Below are positions 12,001 through 18,076 of a stretch of DNA of 64,000 nt, piece by piece. Below the pieces are notes generated by a model. It saw nothing but the letters and a program-made list of their open reading frames with translations, had not been told where the DNA came from and ran no database searches. Numbering within the stretch: the stretch's first letter is position 1; each line of letters begins with the position of its first letter. Source of the stretch: Candidatus Aenigmatarchaeota archaeon (GTDB lineage: Archaea > Aenigmatarchaeota > Aenigmatarchaeia > QMZP01 > JAFGSV01); contig JAFGSV010000028.1 of NCBI GenBank assembly GCA_016934325.1, positions 556 through 64,555 of the forward strand, in the 5' to 3' direction. The position numbers and the translations under genes were made by a program.

Positions 12001-12056
12001 CTGAACAGCACGGCGAGGATGACGAAGATGCCTTTCAGGCCACAGTTACTCAACAT
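1..12056 (-). CDS. Giant secreted surface/adhesin-like glycoprotein (>4018 aa, C-terminus beyond window start)
   Basis: ATG at 12056 overlaps the upstream stop and reads MLSNCGLKGIFVILAVLFSLAFFSYLVYA (signal peptide). The same frame still reads ...GDMFNFTTNY at position 3, and the ORF track shows no ORF terminating in this frame. Very many N-x-S/T sequons and repeated (G/P/E)WG-x-x-(F/Y)NF motifs. Confidence 0.9.
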   Translation of the reverse strand, partial: MLSNCGLKGIFVILAVLFSLAFFSYLVYAAPHLSGWMAGGLYPPEVYREGWGTEFNFTVEVSEDDNDNVNLTLWLKKGLTGNWILADYDYDVPLPGGENKTLYMTFTKYDISEWQGKFNATNTTGAVNESGIFYFVVEKDDTLMEYASGDNTAVNRSGNQMRYLSMKVNDTDRNVFTNDSIVIFNVTENITIQSHDIFLARANYSVPEYYVELNPDCGYSVGNHTWNMGVSPDDSYYKNSMSSDYNVKVYGDLSNDFYDQDHGSGYDLVPGAYVTIRGNVTDDCGVLLSNASVRVWFNMTDNRTGDRYRCPSTGSQYASMYPNMTFYCNWDIAPPAVNNESADYTVEMYSEPVNSSVYYNDGYDTEPNVIHLNKQVGSGISCSGGVGGIISVVGGDYTCENIYTAVQGGSNGCSATYLTVSGNYYYFHARVIISSDGSPVSSNLTCTNKHIRADYYWLVHERGILQFGELLEGMPQEGCLVEGSVSSLTCDSAAICAMDYPATTAVPGGQILLYDTTFRSIRAAGNKQNIDPASNSANHNGGAGQGTQRLVIRRFTFEGPNACGPPTTCTANCPIMYVPEDSDIDDYAASYLRYGMELTAFPSKSVQNIQIHHAQSGIRMCQADAKVSGYYGFENCVDVKMGGPTLIAEDSNISTDPPDHMWDQCGAGGYTNRYVLLKNSFTANVKDTGNNPITSVNVTAIDVRGDPAFNNVTNSNGKILEQLVDYLRFITRANVGTSSVPVTDQDENHDTYTTHTFYYKKYGYRFLQDVADMSIPKDVDKVLLVNPYINITSQAAAKSQTGIIYTPPTKVTFSDGEEEDVSSGTINLNGYPVCQSEYTAMLQDELQTDGSGSGDIYYQYPPISSANYTVNWTTGVVNFTSDYNGETVRSVYSYGGSIRVTSNRTLSNIYDYVQANLNDTFTTDTGSIYTSYVDVILGNSTVHGRIASDVSKTLNIEDGYGFSAGSLNGSTVNIQSDTWNYRDVGGGGTLFRKYTLDVLVKDSKGDPIDNATLTMLDKDDQLAYGFPVYTASDGTVHVEVVYAEYDSSGSRQFSQGTDTFTLSVSKFGYATHTESIAMDRESTREITLTSVCDPSYAYTYGVLAGDGEQTNRSADAPELTLSAIVYSGMTVESDNLEPNGFEIKAPKASWTSRDQEPGEQQAKVGDCPIFLEMLGLGGGQNGDRVEEAGPENPLAIRNDFLSALLPEPSFSLLDAVYEEEHGPGADLTVMNVQSYPPLHGNWTVSFNTTGTSDLTISAVDGTGFGNDIDFLELRCGDVIKDYEWVDGSVFVRDYICEGTGNEVSRVLTSGKHTLEFRFGDDVEYAHNQVSNFLAPYQDITPGGTGWTEDVDLSSYIPLTATGVMVMVSDDGGGAGAGAQIRKGDSTQDLSTYSHLEDDCNMILITGVDDDKEIDIYQGNSNWDYYLIGYFDSEVFFTDYVDVSPGSSTGWVVIDVSSYVPAGATGVIINVQNVDTSNDEDYMIRPVGSGDDRSIRELEDDAHAYWAVMLDSSRSFQIQRDSTDVRFYLVGYTPANPTGEFYLNYTLNSFHPSRPGSGDTWTAYDAGDLGIPDEAVGFIAEADSASDYGVTLRMNSSTGWNPSVNYYDIGGGTHVGLATGLTGTGGYEYKVESTSYGDIWIWAYFLPVLKPTLDGLTLDAPTTDIQINKGESFDMNCTPLVGAPTGVNLTFRYNYTGESSFIDIPESGPNNVTPYNMETDVGNGVRYDRTVSFGTSGIYYVSCQIYNSTSTLDSNSKKVSVLGPPIVSLDEPGDGESVYSQLVTLTCSGTDEIFSVVNATLYGNWTGAVPGWGTNGTNISGINGEFTFARVFPSDGDYEWNCYVCNDQNKCAFADQNSTFRVWTTEANTSWVDYNFTDSYDFPNVSEIRIKTQVSYYLPNGSRDAGNTRPDLEIRLWNGSGYVAGYLYGVENVMGSDADNTTDTNFTISVTDQSVLDAWQAASNRNMSIRLVYGDTVSGVDDIINWTGVWATLYYGPDLDNDGPSIWVNYTVGGSDFDGNVTQMLVQARISYYNPTGSYAASNKRPDLEVRVWNGTDYVTGFYYHINDTMGSDAENVTTTDFELNLTDSVILDAWKYSANRSLSVRGVYFDSGGGPPPNNDTIIYSGMWVTLNSDDFAPAVGQTLTLYVSKVGTGSGATWDSGHVLTTDGNGTVSYNFTATCNDPNTTSVDEEYEVGAHNWYIEITTEDDDYLCQDSQSEYYDFDVTGALENFIVFPDGTKNYTSEDTILLQGYVNNYCGEPITTSVSNVWYNLTSGNYKVSCTGISRSGANVYYCNWKPTQESVQGWYNVSMHAEAANYWSNDTTIFPPNDTFFLFTEPKLYDANVTPRSQPWGKNYNFTLKVKDNMGDTVNITLKTQVLGGSWELIGYKNCTSCSNNSDNYTMLYWDNVNYSCTGYADKYMKFRFEALDNESNVVYTDILNPGDYWSNDDTFFIEKHNVTIHYIFGNETSASPSSPGRFILRINDTDMGTFSLLDTMTLAFNVTKTGVGSGDYKNVGTGTSNSTGHVTYYFTPDGDFQEGKQNWIGYVDMSETCYNYNESGVYNVSVQPGKYIYLENSTVDPITGEWGSNFSFNVTSKTNSQYYINFSLRIDSSPTGSFDEVIESHLVNVTGEWKTINFSWDPECGDKGTKYFKIKGDDYHGNVNYTTVQTFTVERDTVLLRYLDGNKTESRRGKNQTTFLVNATDLNGSQILGLNVTFYVMRDISTWDSGAVNSTNGSGIAMYDFLAGCSPKYGVGYREWKAVIEDDACYKDNSTADSYYLIVNITGDIQLEFSKPDGDTNYTQEQKVPFLGATWDDCSDPLTVSTSDVIFYANHSAGAYPCAQVNKTGANAYTCDWATNITVQKGYYNTTMFAQSSGYYPNITYKLVSPGLFYLFPVYKVQSPNIVPTYQGWGYRNWNFSVIASSGDTDPYDVQLSLAKTSPTGYTPCSTCVNQTDISCFYPDCIDSTLYWYNNFTYQDVGTWFYKFELATEATSGFDSFTLIRDNVSIEYADGNESSASLTQATNLSVRVRDIIADRYNLSPSITVNFNLSYDGAYNKIANSTTTDEYGYANVTFIPDCNYNPGEQKWFAWVAGDSAYLGNRSENFTITLDLAGCNPSPTITQTLHPSETFQHMNFTINATLSSLVAQSSGVYVTLNVSDEWQTDGKTKYLGNIDLGGTKYVQWEVNATTPGTFNIPIFANNSVGNNDTDYIVLTNYKHAAPGLLEAVPSTIQGGGEKTFSFGCDAGIYRVANLTVDWNGNETYARVFSYNGTAWLDILHSRWLNTSGTGENRFIPILAEQISANESGYCTVRIRNIGSSNISVNALSLEPYYQLDLVVLDIMPEINGQETGGMEVGDGLFNVTFRIANSMNDSYMVNITLNITNSSGDVVDSTTKEDVSIDENSTHIENFTNIDTAGWPEGHYSLHAFVNGGTEANRSERFVYRNSSVSITGIGYMCNQTTEEFNVSVASPFNESIQYNVTLEMPAGWSYAPSFIVIDATEARTYTATFNVTSSSSAGETVQINASANYTYPDGLTKSRQSGYTIEEGESIPVLDVVRETPTLVANSTELISRLIIYNKGCAYADSIKLVEKVSSGWIAYGPNFPGSADIPKGKVTWDYGTEKLYPGFYWIASYKVLSNLQTEQTGTLRWNLTFGARQRLELSDHEVDTMQFTGEPHLAFDLDVVNGWGTRSANPHYVFNVTLTAKNIGDAAASANDWNVSLSIPNACNVTWTDGTEAGEVVMWQLPALAVGAETEFNLSLNCSDGQYVLVARGERDTINSTGYDENVYYSCTGPSCSPVSHDFQHPSESYERLSSIDFLVDYNFTGFDPTIGEGSVNITDDYDNYYRTWQHYDLGPSSGKSWSNYSMDSDEEWRFTSNQRKIGMYAYTDATYSEHSNVTISKLAYEWKYGTTFIEPENLYLNIKPYNTYPQLKNPNVTASGGGWDSINDWAVGGWGETFNFTVSVWDLEGGLVVTQANWSEPPYSVWNLIGEESLIVPQSSPGDMFNFTTNY

Positions 12057-13791
12057 AGCCAACCATCCTCGATTCTAGAACTGCTCCCGTTGCGTTTCTG
12101 CGCATGTATCTTCCGCCGTTCACGACGAGAAGATCCTTTATCTCCGCATCCTGGGGAACGTATAGGATTACTTCGCCATCGCCTTTAGCCCTTTGCAGCG
12201 TGAACCTTTCGATGAAAATGTGAGAGCCGTCCTCGCAGTAGATGCTGTTCTCAGCCGTTTCATGAAATACTTTATATGAAGAGCCGTAAAGCTCAAGCGT
12301 CCCCCCGGCACCGATCATGAATGCCGAATTCCCGATTAGCTGAAAGTCATCCGGGACATCGGTTTGTATCAGAGCCCCTCTGGATGTGAATCCTCCTATC
12401 GAATGGCCAAAACTGAGATGTCCCTTCCCAAGGACCACTACATGCCCGTTGAAATTCAACGTTTCGGATTCCGAGTTAAGCCATGTCTCCTTATCCCCAT
12501 CACCAATCACAAGATTGGCATCCAAGGTGAAATAGTTCCTTATCTTGCCTACATTGCCCCAACCCATGAGTTGATCGACATAATGGATATCAAAGAAACC
12601 GCAAGGGTTCTGATCGGTGCATGTTTTTCCATCGGCGAGGACATGTATCGTGTCCGTCACGGGGTCATAGGTAATGCCGCTGGGCATCAAATACAGGACT
12701 TCCATGTCGAATGTCCTGTTGTCCCTGCTTCGCTCTTCGCTCTCGGCATAGACCGTGAGTGAATAATTGCCCACGGAGACTGCCTTGACCCTCCAAGCAA
12801 GGGCAATCGTCTCGTTCTCATCGATTTCCGGTATCGATTTTATGAATTCCTTTTCGCACACCGATTGGCTGCTGCATTGGCTTTCTTGGCTTCCAAAGTC
12901 ACATTCGTCTTCGGAGCGTGTTTGCGGGCAGGCTTCCTTGCACAAGTATTCTTCCAGTATTTCAAGCCCGGAGGGAGATTCGAGTCTGACGTCAACGCCG
13001 GTTGACGCTCCGAAAAGGGACGTGACATAAACATGCACCTCGAATTCCTCCGTTTGGTTTATCACGGAGGGGGCTACGATTTTCTGGATTCTGATTTCCG
13101 GTTCCGTTGCGTTCTGTGTGACGTTTTCTTCCGGAACTCCGATGATTATTTCGGCTTCCTTCCATGACCGATTCAGGTACTCATCATCGTTACCAAGGAA
13201 CTCAGCCCTCACGACGTTGGTCCCATTTCCAAACACGGTGTATATGACCATTTCGCCATCAGCATCCGTATCTTCGGAGGCCAGAATCTCACCGTTGAGG
13301 TACAGATGAATCATCTGTCCGGGTAGAGAAGTGCCATTGTCCAATTGCAGGCGCGCAATTGTCACATTGTTCTTGGGATCAACCTCAACATCAAGGAACG
13401 TGTTTGCCCAGATTTCTATCGTTTTGGTTTTTTCGATTATCTTTACAGATGGGGTACCATCTTGGGTGTTGTTGTCACCCGTCGCGAGAAAATTCCCAGT
13501 GAAACTTGCATTCATGGTCGAGTTCAGAGCGGAGTAAGCGACAACGGAGCCTGCCGCAAGCAACATTAAGATGACCGAAATCGCCAGCTCTGCCTGTCCT
13601 CTGTTATATCTTGATCTCACGGCAAAGAAAATGCTGCACAGGAATGACGCTATGATAATTATGGGAATAAAGTGGGTAATCAGGACGGCAAGAACGGCTG
13701 TTATTAAGGAAAAAATCACGCTAAAAACGTATACTGTGCTCTGGCCTTTCTTCGCTTTCCCGGTTTGGGTGTGATTGCTTTCACTGGGCAT
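12046..13791 (-). CDS. Membrane-anchored surface protein with Ig/CARDB-like domains and two [KR]GQ prepilin-like motifs
   Basis: KKGQSTVYVF + TM, a second TM, RGQAELAISVILMLL + TM, then beta-rich extracellular region with NxT sites and a Cys-rich insert. Confidence 0.75.
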   Translation of the reverse strand: MPSESNHTQTGKAKKGQSTVYVFSVIFSLITAVLAVLITHFIPIIIIASFLCSIFFAVRSRYNRGQAELAISVILMLLAAGSVVAYSALNSTMNASFTGNFLATGDNNTQDGTPSVKIIEKTKTIEIWANTFLDVEVDPKNNVTIARLQLDNGTSLPGQMIHLYLNGEILASEDTDADGEMVIYTVFGNGTNVVRAEFLGNDDEYLNRSWKEAEIIIGVPEENVTQNATEPEIRIQKIVAPSVINQTEEFEVHVYVTSLFGASTGVDVRLESPSGLEILEEYLCKEACPQTRSEDECDFGSQESQCSSQSVCEKEFIKSIPEIDENETIALAWRVKAVSVGNYSLTVYAESEERSRDNRTFDMEVLYLMPSGITYDPVTDTIHVLADGKTCTDQNPCGFFDIHYVDQLMGWGNVGKIRNYFTLDANLVIGDGDKETWLNSESETLNFNGHVVVLGKGHLSFGHSIGGFTSRGALIQTDVPDDFQLIGNSAFMIGAGGTLELYGSSYKVFHETAENSIYCEDGSHIFIERFTLQRAKGDGEVILYVPQDAEIKDLLVVNGGRYMRRNATGAVLESRMVGYVE

Positions 13792-14959
13792 AGCTCACCC
13801 TCACCTTCAATTCGTTCAGACCGAGAGAAGCATCCATATCAGCGATGACCGTTATTGCAGAGGTGCAAGTGAATTTCGGTGCTATTTCATCGCAAATGAA
13901 ATCCATATCCCCTCTCACCAATACCAAGAAATCGGGCAACAGCCACTCAATCATTATGCCCTGGACTCCAACTTCCCCCACATTGCCAACGACCGCGAAC
14001 AATTCGATTTCCTCGCCCCTTGTTATCATGTTCGGTGACAATATGTCAACAACGATTTCTGGTTCTGCGTGCTCTTGAGTGATGTTTTCTGTTATGTTTT
14101 CATCTGTTTCTGTCACGTTTGGTATGGTTATGCGAGTCTCGTTTGTTATCTGCTCTGTCTCGTTCGGAACCGTGACGTTAGTTTCGTTTGCATCAGGGGT
14201 TGTTGCATTCGGAATCGTCAGGTTTGTATCGTTCATGACAGGGACATTCGCATTGGGCGGTGTCAGGTTTGTGTCATTTGAAAAATAAGGAGGAAGTGGG
14301 GGAGGCGCAGTGACGTTCGTTTCATCCGATGTTTCATTTATTATCGGCTCTCTGTCTTCACTGATATCGGGGACGGTGGCGTTTGACCCTGTAAAATTCT
14401 GTCTGCTGTATTCTTCTATGGAATCATGGGTGCTGTCCAACTCCTCTGAGCCGCTGTCAATACCGGGGGTATCGGATTTTCCGTTATCGAATGCATCGCC
14501 AGCCACGTCACCTAACGACCCATCAGGAGTCTTATTCAAAGCGGCAGCCATCCCCGCAAGATTGTTATTGGAATCCGTCATGTTCTGCGCAACAATAACG
14601 GTTGCAGGCACAAGAAGAAGAATCATCATAAGCGCAATCAGCTGCGCCTGTCCCTTCCCGATCTTCCTCGGAACCTCCGCATCCGCCTTCTTCATATCCC
14701 CGTTGTAGCTCTCCCTCAGGTAGCACAGCTTTGCTGCGCCGACTTCCCTCTGGTATATGACCTTAGCTCCGATTAGCTCGTACACGTATTTCGTTATCGT
14801 GTGCCTGTGATGCCCGACGATCTCGGCTATGTCCCTCAGGGTCAGACCTTCCGGATGATTTCTAAGTGCATCTATGATATCTTCCCTCTGATCCACAGAA
14901 TTTGATTTACCGTTCAAATGCGCGCACCTGTGCAACAGTTTATACATTAATGTACACAA
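13781..14959 (-). CDS. Winged-HTH - TM - low-complexity linker - Ig/CARDB-like fusion protein
   Basis: N-terminal IIDALRNHPEGLTLRDIAEIVGHHRHTITKYVYELIGAKVI (wHTH); GKGQAQLIALMMILLLV hydrophobic segment; N/T/E/P-rich NxT stalk; C-terminal beta domain. True start probably downstream of 14959. Confidence 0.8.
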   Translation of the reverse strand: MCTLMYKLLHRCAHLNGKSNSVDQREDIIDALRNHPEGLTLRDIAEIVGHHRHTITKYVYELIGAKVIYQREVGAAKLCYLRESYNGDMKKADAEVPRKIGKGQAQLIALMMILLLVPATVIVAQNMTDSNNNLAGMAAALNKTPDGSLGDVAGDAFDNGKSDTPGIDSGSEELDSTHDSIEEYSRQNFTGSNATVPDISEDREPIINETSDETNVTAPPPLPPYFSNDTNLTPPNANVPVMNDTNLTIPNATTPDANETNVTVPNETEQITNETRITIPNVTETDENITENITQEHAEPEIVVDILSPNMITRGEEIELFAVVGNVGEVGVQGIMIEWLLPDFLVLVRGDMDFICDEIAPKFTCTSAITVIADMDASLGLNELKVRVSYAQ

Positions 14960-15017
14960 CTAATATAGTCAATAACTGTCGAAACTTATATGTTAAAAAG
15001 AATGAGAAAAGCTTAAA

Positions 15018-15494
15018 TTGTCGACCGACAATAGGATACTAATGATGAACTTTCTCAAGTCCCGGAAGATGGACCAGGAGAAGCTTGATTCTGTATCGGA
15101 ACTTGAGAAGATCCGGGAGATCGAGAAGGAGAAATCTGTCAACCAGAGGCTGGAGAGCATAATATTCCAGAAGTTCGAGGAGACGGGCCTCGAGGAGAAG
15201 ATAAACGACATGCACTCCAGGCTCGAGGAGGTCTCTGGCAAGATGGATGAACTGATGTTTTTATACCAGTCGAACAGTCGAGTAAAAACCAACCCCAGCG
15301 TCAGGAAACTGAAGGTCAAGGAAATGGTTAACCTGCTGATACAGCAGCATGGCTCTCTCAGCGCCCCCCAGCTCAGCGATATGATGAACCTGTCGAGGAC
15401 CCGGTGCAGCGAATATCTGAAGGAGATGGAGCTCAAAGGCGTTCTGGTATCCGAGCTGAAGTGTCGGAAAAAATTCTATAAAATTCGACATTGA
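15018..15494 (+). CDS. Coiled-coil + C-terminal winged-HTH transcription regulator
   Basis: LSAPQLSDMMNLSRTRCSEYLKEMELKGVL wHTH; divergent from the HTH-TM gene across a short AT-rich spacer. Confidence 0.75.
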   Translation: MSTDNRILMMNFLKSRKMDQEKLDSVSELEKIREIEKEKSVNQRLESIIFQKFEETGLEEKINDMHSRLEEVSGKMDELMFLYQSNSRVKTNPSVRKLKVKEMVNLLIQQHGSLSAPQLSDMMNLSRTRCSEYLKEMELKGVLVSELKCRKKFYKIRH

Positions 15495-15571
15495 AATTAA
15501 GCAGAATTTTTATTTAAGGAAGATAATCTGGTTATATTTTGTCGCGCAGGTGAGGGGAACAGCGAATAATT

Positions 15572-16255
15572 ATGAAAGTATCTGTAATAACAACGGCTTA
15601 TGATGAAGAAAAGAACATAACCCCTTTACATGAAAGGATAAAAAAAGCGATGAATGGTATAGACTACGAGGTTGTTGCTGTTGATGATGGCTCCACTGAC
15701 AATACCTACAATGAACTCAGAGGAATAAGGGATCGAAGAGTTAAGATAATAAGGATGAATGAACACAGGGGGAAATGCTTTGCATTGCATATGGGAATTA
15801 GCAAATCAAGCGGGGAAATTATTGCAACCATTGATGCCGACGGGCAGAACGATCCAGGGGACATACCAGGAATGGTTAAGGAGCTCGAAAAAGGATATGA
15901 TTGCATATGCGGATGGAGGTATCACAGAAAAGACACCATGGTAAAAAGAATCTCATCAAAGATGGGGAACTTTTTCAACAACATGTTCATGGACTTGAAT
16001 CTCCACGATAATAACTGCCCCGTAAAGGTCTTCAAAAGGCATTGCGTTGCAAGAATAAGGTATTTCGACAACTTCCATAGATTCATCCCAATATTGATAA
16101 AAATTCAGGGATTCAAGATAAGAGAGTACAAGGTTAGGCACTATCCACGCATACATGGGGTTTCAAAATACGGAATACGTAACAGGATATTTGGAAACAT
16201 TAAAACAATCTTCATTGTTAAATTAAAACACAAGGAGCTGATAAAATGCAACTGA
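15572..16255 (+). CDS. GT2 polyprenol-phosphate glycosyltransferase (DPM1/ArnC-like)
   Basis: VDDGSTDNT, TIDADGQNDP (DxD), YHRKD and HRFIP motifs. Confidence 0.9.
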   Translation: MKVSVITTAYDEEKNITPLHERIKKAMNGIDYEVVAVDDGSTDNTYNELRGIRDRRVKIIRMNEHRGKCFALHMGISKSSGEIIATIDADGQNDPGDIPGMVKELEKGYDCICGWRYHRKDTMVKRISSKMGNFFNNMFMDLNLHDNNCPVKVFKRHCVARIRYFDNFHRFIPILIKIQGFKIREYKVRHYPRIHGVSKYGIRNRIFGNIKTIFIVKLKHKELIKCN

Positions 16256-16527
16256 GTTTCTGGTTGGTTTTCGGACTTGCGGCCCAGGGGTGTTTCTTCC
16301 TTAGGTTCTTCATTCAATGGATTGCATCTGAGAAAAGGGGGAGAAGCGTGATTCCTATACATTTCTGGTATTTGAGCCTGCTTGGTGGCCTGGGATTATT
16401 GATTTATTCCATACATATCAGGGACATCGTATTTATCACAGGTCAGGGTCTTGGGATACTAATATACACCAGGAATCTTATCCTTATACACGGGGAGAAG
16501 AATGCTAAAAAGCATGGACTTGGATAG
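16246..16527 (+). CDS. LAB_N (lipid-A-disaccharide synthase N-terminal-like) small 3-TM protein
   Basis: GLAAQGCFFLRFFIQWIASEKRGRSVIPIHFWYLSLLGG...DIVFITGQ...IYTRNL matches the family pattern. Confidence 0.85.
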   Translation: MQLSFWLVFGLAAQGCFFLRFFIQWIASEKRGRSVIPIHFWYLSLLGGLGLLIYSIHIRDIVFITGQGLGILIYTRNLILIHGEKNAKKHGLG

Positions 16528-17950
16528 GATTGCGATTCTGTTTTCAGCTTTCATATTTTTGGTTTATCTTTCTACTTTGAGCATATCCCTGGATGAAGAA
16601 GACGCTGTCCATTTTGCCCTGGGGCTCAAGGAGTTCAATGTTTCAAAGTATCAGCCACACCCTCCCGGATTTCCTGTTTACATCGGATTGGGTATGTTGT
16701 TCAACGCAGGCCTTAAAAACGAGCTGTTAAGCCTGACATGCATGGGCGCCTTGTTTGGCGCCTTGTCCGTCTTTGTCTTCTATATGCTGGCCAGGGAAAT
16801 GCTTGAAAGGGAAATCGCATTGGCCTCGTCTGTCTTGATGGCTTTTACCCCGCTCTTCTGGCTAAGCAGCCTGAAGGCAATGTCTGATATCCCCGCGCTG
16901 TTCTTCACACTGGCTTCAATGCTTTTCATTTACAAGTACATCAAATATAACAAACCGGGTTATTTTTACACAGGTGCTTTGTTGGCGGGAATCTCAACGG
17001 GTGTTAGAATTCATACGCTTTTTATTCTGTTACCTGCATTGGTTTACAGTGCATACATGCATAAGAAAGGCGTCCGGATCAGGAATAAGGGTTTTCTGCT
17101 TTTCGTTATCGCAATGCTAGCATGGTTGTTGCCGGTGATGTTAATAACAGGGATTCCGGAATATCTCTCATCCGCTGTAAGCCAGTTCGGGTTCAGGGTC
17201 GGCAAACCCCATATATCAATAATAGGCACTGAATTGACCCCAAACTATCTGGCCCTTAAATTGTTCAGCTCCTTTTATTATTTTTTGCTTGGTGGTTATG
17301 GCATCAATTTGGCCAGCCTGGGTTTATTCAGCACTGTCCTCTTATTTTTCATGGCAGCCCTGGCAATTCTTTTTCTTAAAAACGTCAACCTAAGGGACAG
17401 AAGGGTGCTCTTTCTTGTCTCGGGGGTGTTAATTTACCTGCCTGTGATATTCATCCTGCTTCCTCCTTTTAGTCCCAGGTATCTTCTAGTCCTTATTCCA
17501 CTGCTTTCTTTGATTTTTACAAAAGCTTTGTGGAATCTAAAAAAACCAAATCAAAGATACCCGTTGTTTGGCCTTCTCATCCTGCTTGTTTTGACCCATT
17601 CAATTTTCCTGGCACTTGAGATAAGCACCAAATCCGCTCCCCCTGTTCAGTTAATCAATTATGTTAATGAAAATTATGGCTCTTATGGCTCAGAGGGGAT
17701 TATCATTTTAAACGGTTTTGCCAGCAAGTACTTTACATATTACCACACAGACTTGACAAGGTTATCCGAAACGGAAACTGATTGCGAAAGGATAAAGAAA
17801 ATTATCTCAGAGAATAAAACCGTTCTCTCCATAGCGGGGGATAAGAACTGTGAAGGACTGCAACTTGAGCTAGTTTCCACCTTTAAGCGCGACCCGAGGG
17901 TTCATATAAAGCGCAGCATGATCAACCTGTATGAATTCTTGTTGGAATGA
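16502..17950 (+). CDS. GT-C multi-TM glycosyltransferase (PMT_2/DUF2723-like)
   Basis: DEEDAVHF acidic loop, QPHPPGFPVY motif, many TM segments, PRYLLVLIP. Confidence 0.85.
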   Translation: MLKSMDLDRIAILFSAFIFLVYLSTLSISLDEEDAVHFALGLKEFNVSKYQPHPPGFPVYIGLGMLFNAGLKNELLSLTCMGALFGALSVFVFYMLAREMLEREIALASSVLMAFTPLFWLSSLKAMSDIPALFFTLASMLFIYKYIKYNKPGYFYTGALLAGISTGVRIHTLFILLPALVYSAYMHKKGVRIRNKGFLLFVIAMLAWLLPVMLITGIPEYLSSAVSQFGFRVGKPHISIIGTELTPNYLALKLFSSFYYFLLGGYGINLASLGLFSTVLLFFMAALAILFLKNVNLRDRRVLFLVSGVLIYLPVIFILLPPFSPRYLLVLIPLLSLIFTKALWNLKKPNQRYPLFGLLILLVLTHSIFLALEISTKSAPPVQLINYVNENYGSYGSEGIIILNGFASKYFTYYHTDLTRLSETETDCERIKKIISENKTVLSIAGDKNCEGLQLELVSTFKRDPRVHIKRSMINLYEFLLE

Positions 17951-18076
17951 TTATACTGCAGTGGATTAAGTAAGATATGAATTTTTACTTTTTATGAGTA
18001 AAATGCATAATTATTTAAACATTTTTGGTAAATGTTGGAATTGCTATATTAGGTAAGAGATACGAAATATGATAAT

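Noticed and set aside
14925-15552. Similar 12-mers GTTGCACAGGTG (minus) and GTCGCGCAGGTG (plus) upstream of divergent genes as an operator
   Set aside because: Only two copies, and the shared core is the SD-like AGGTG
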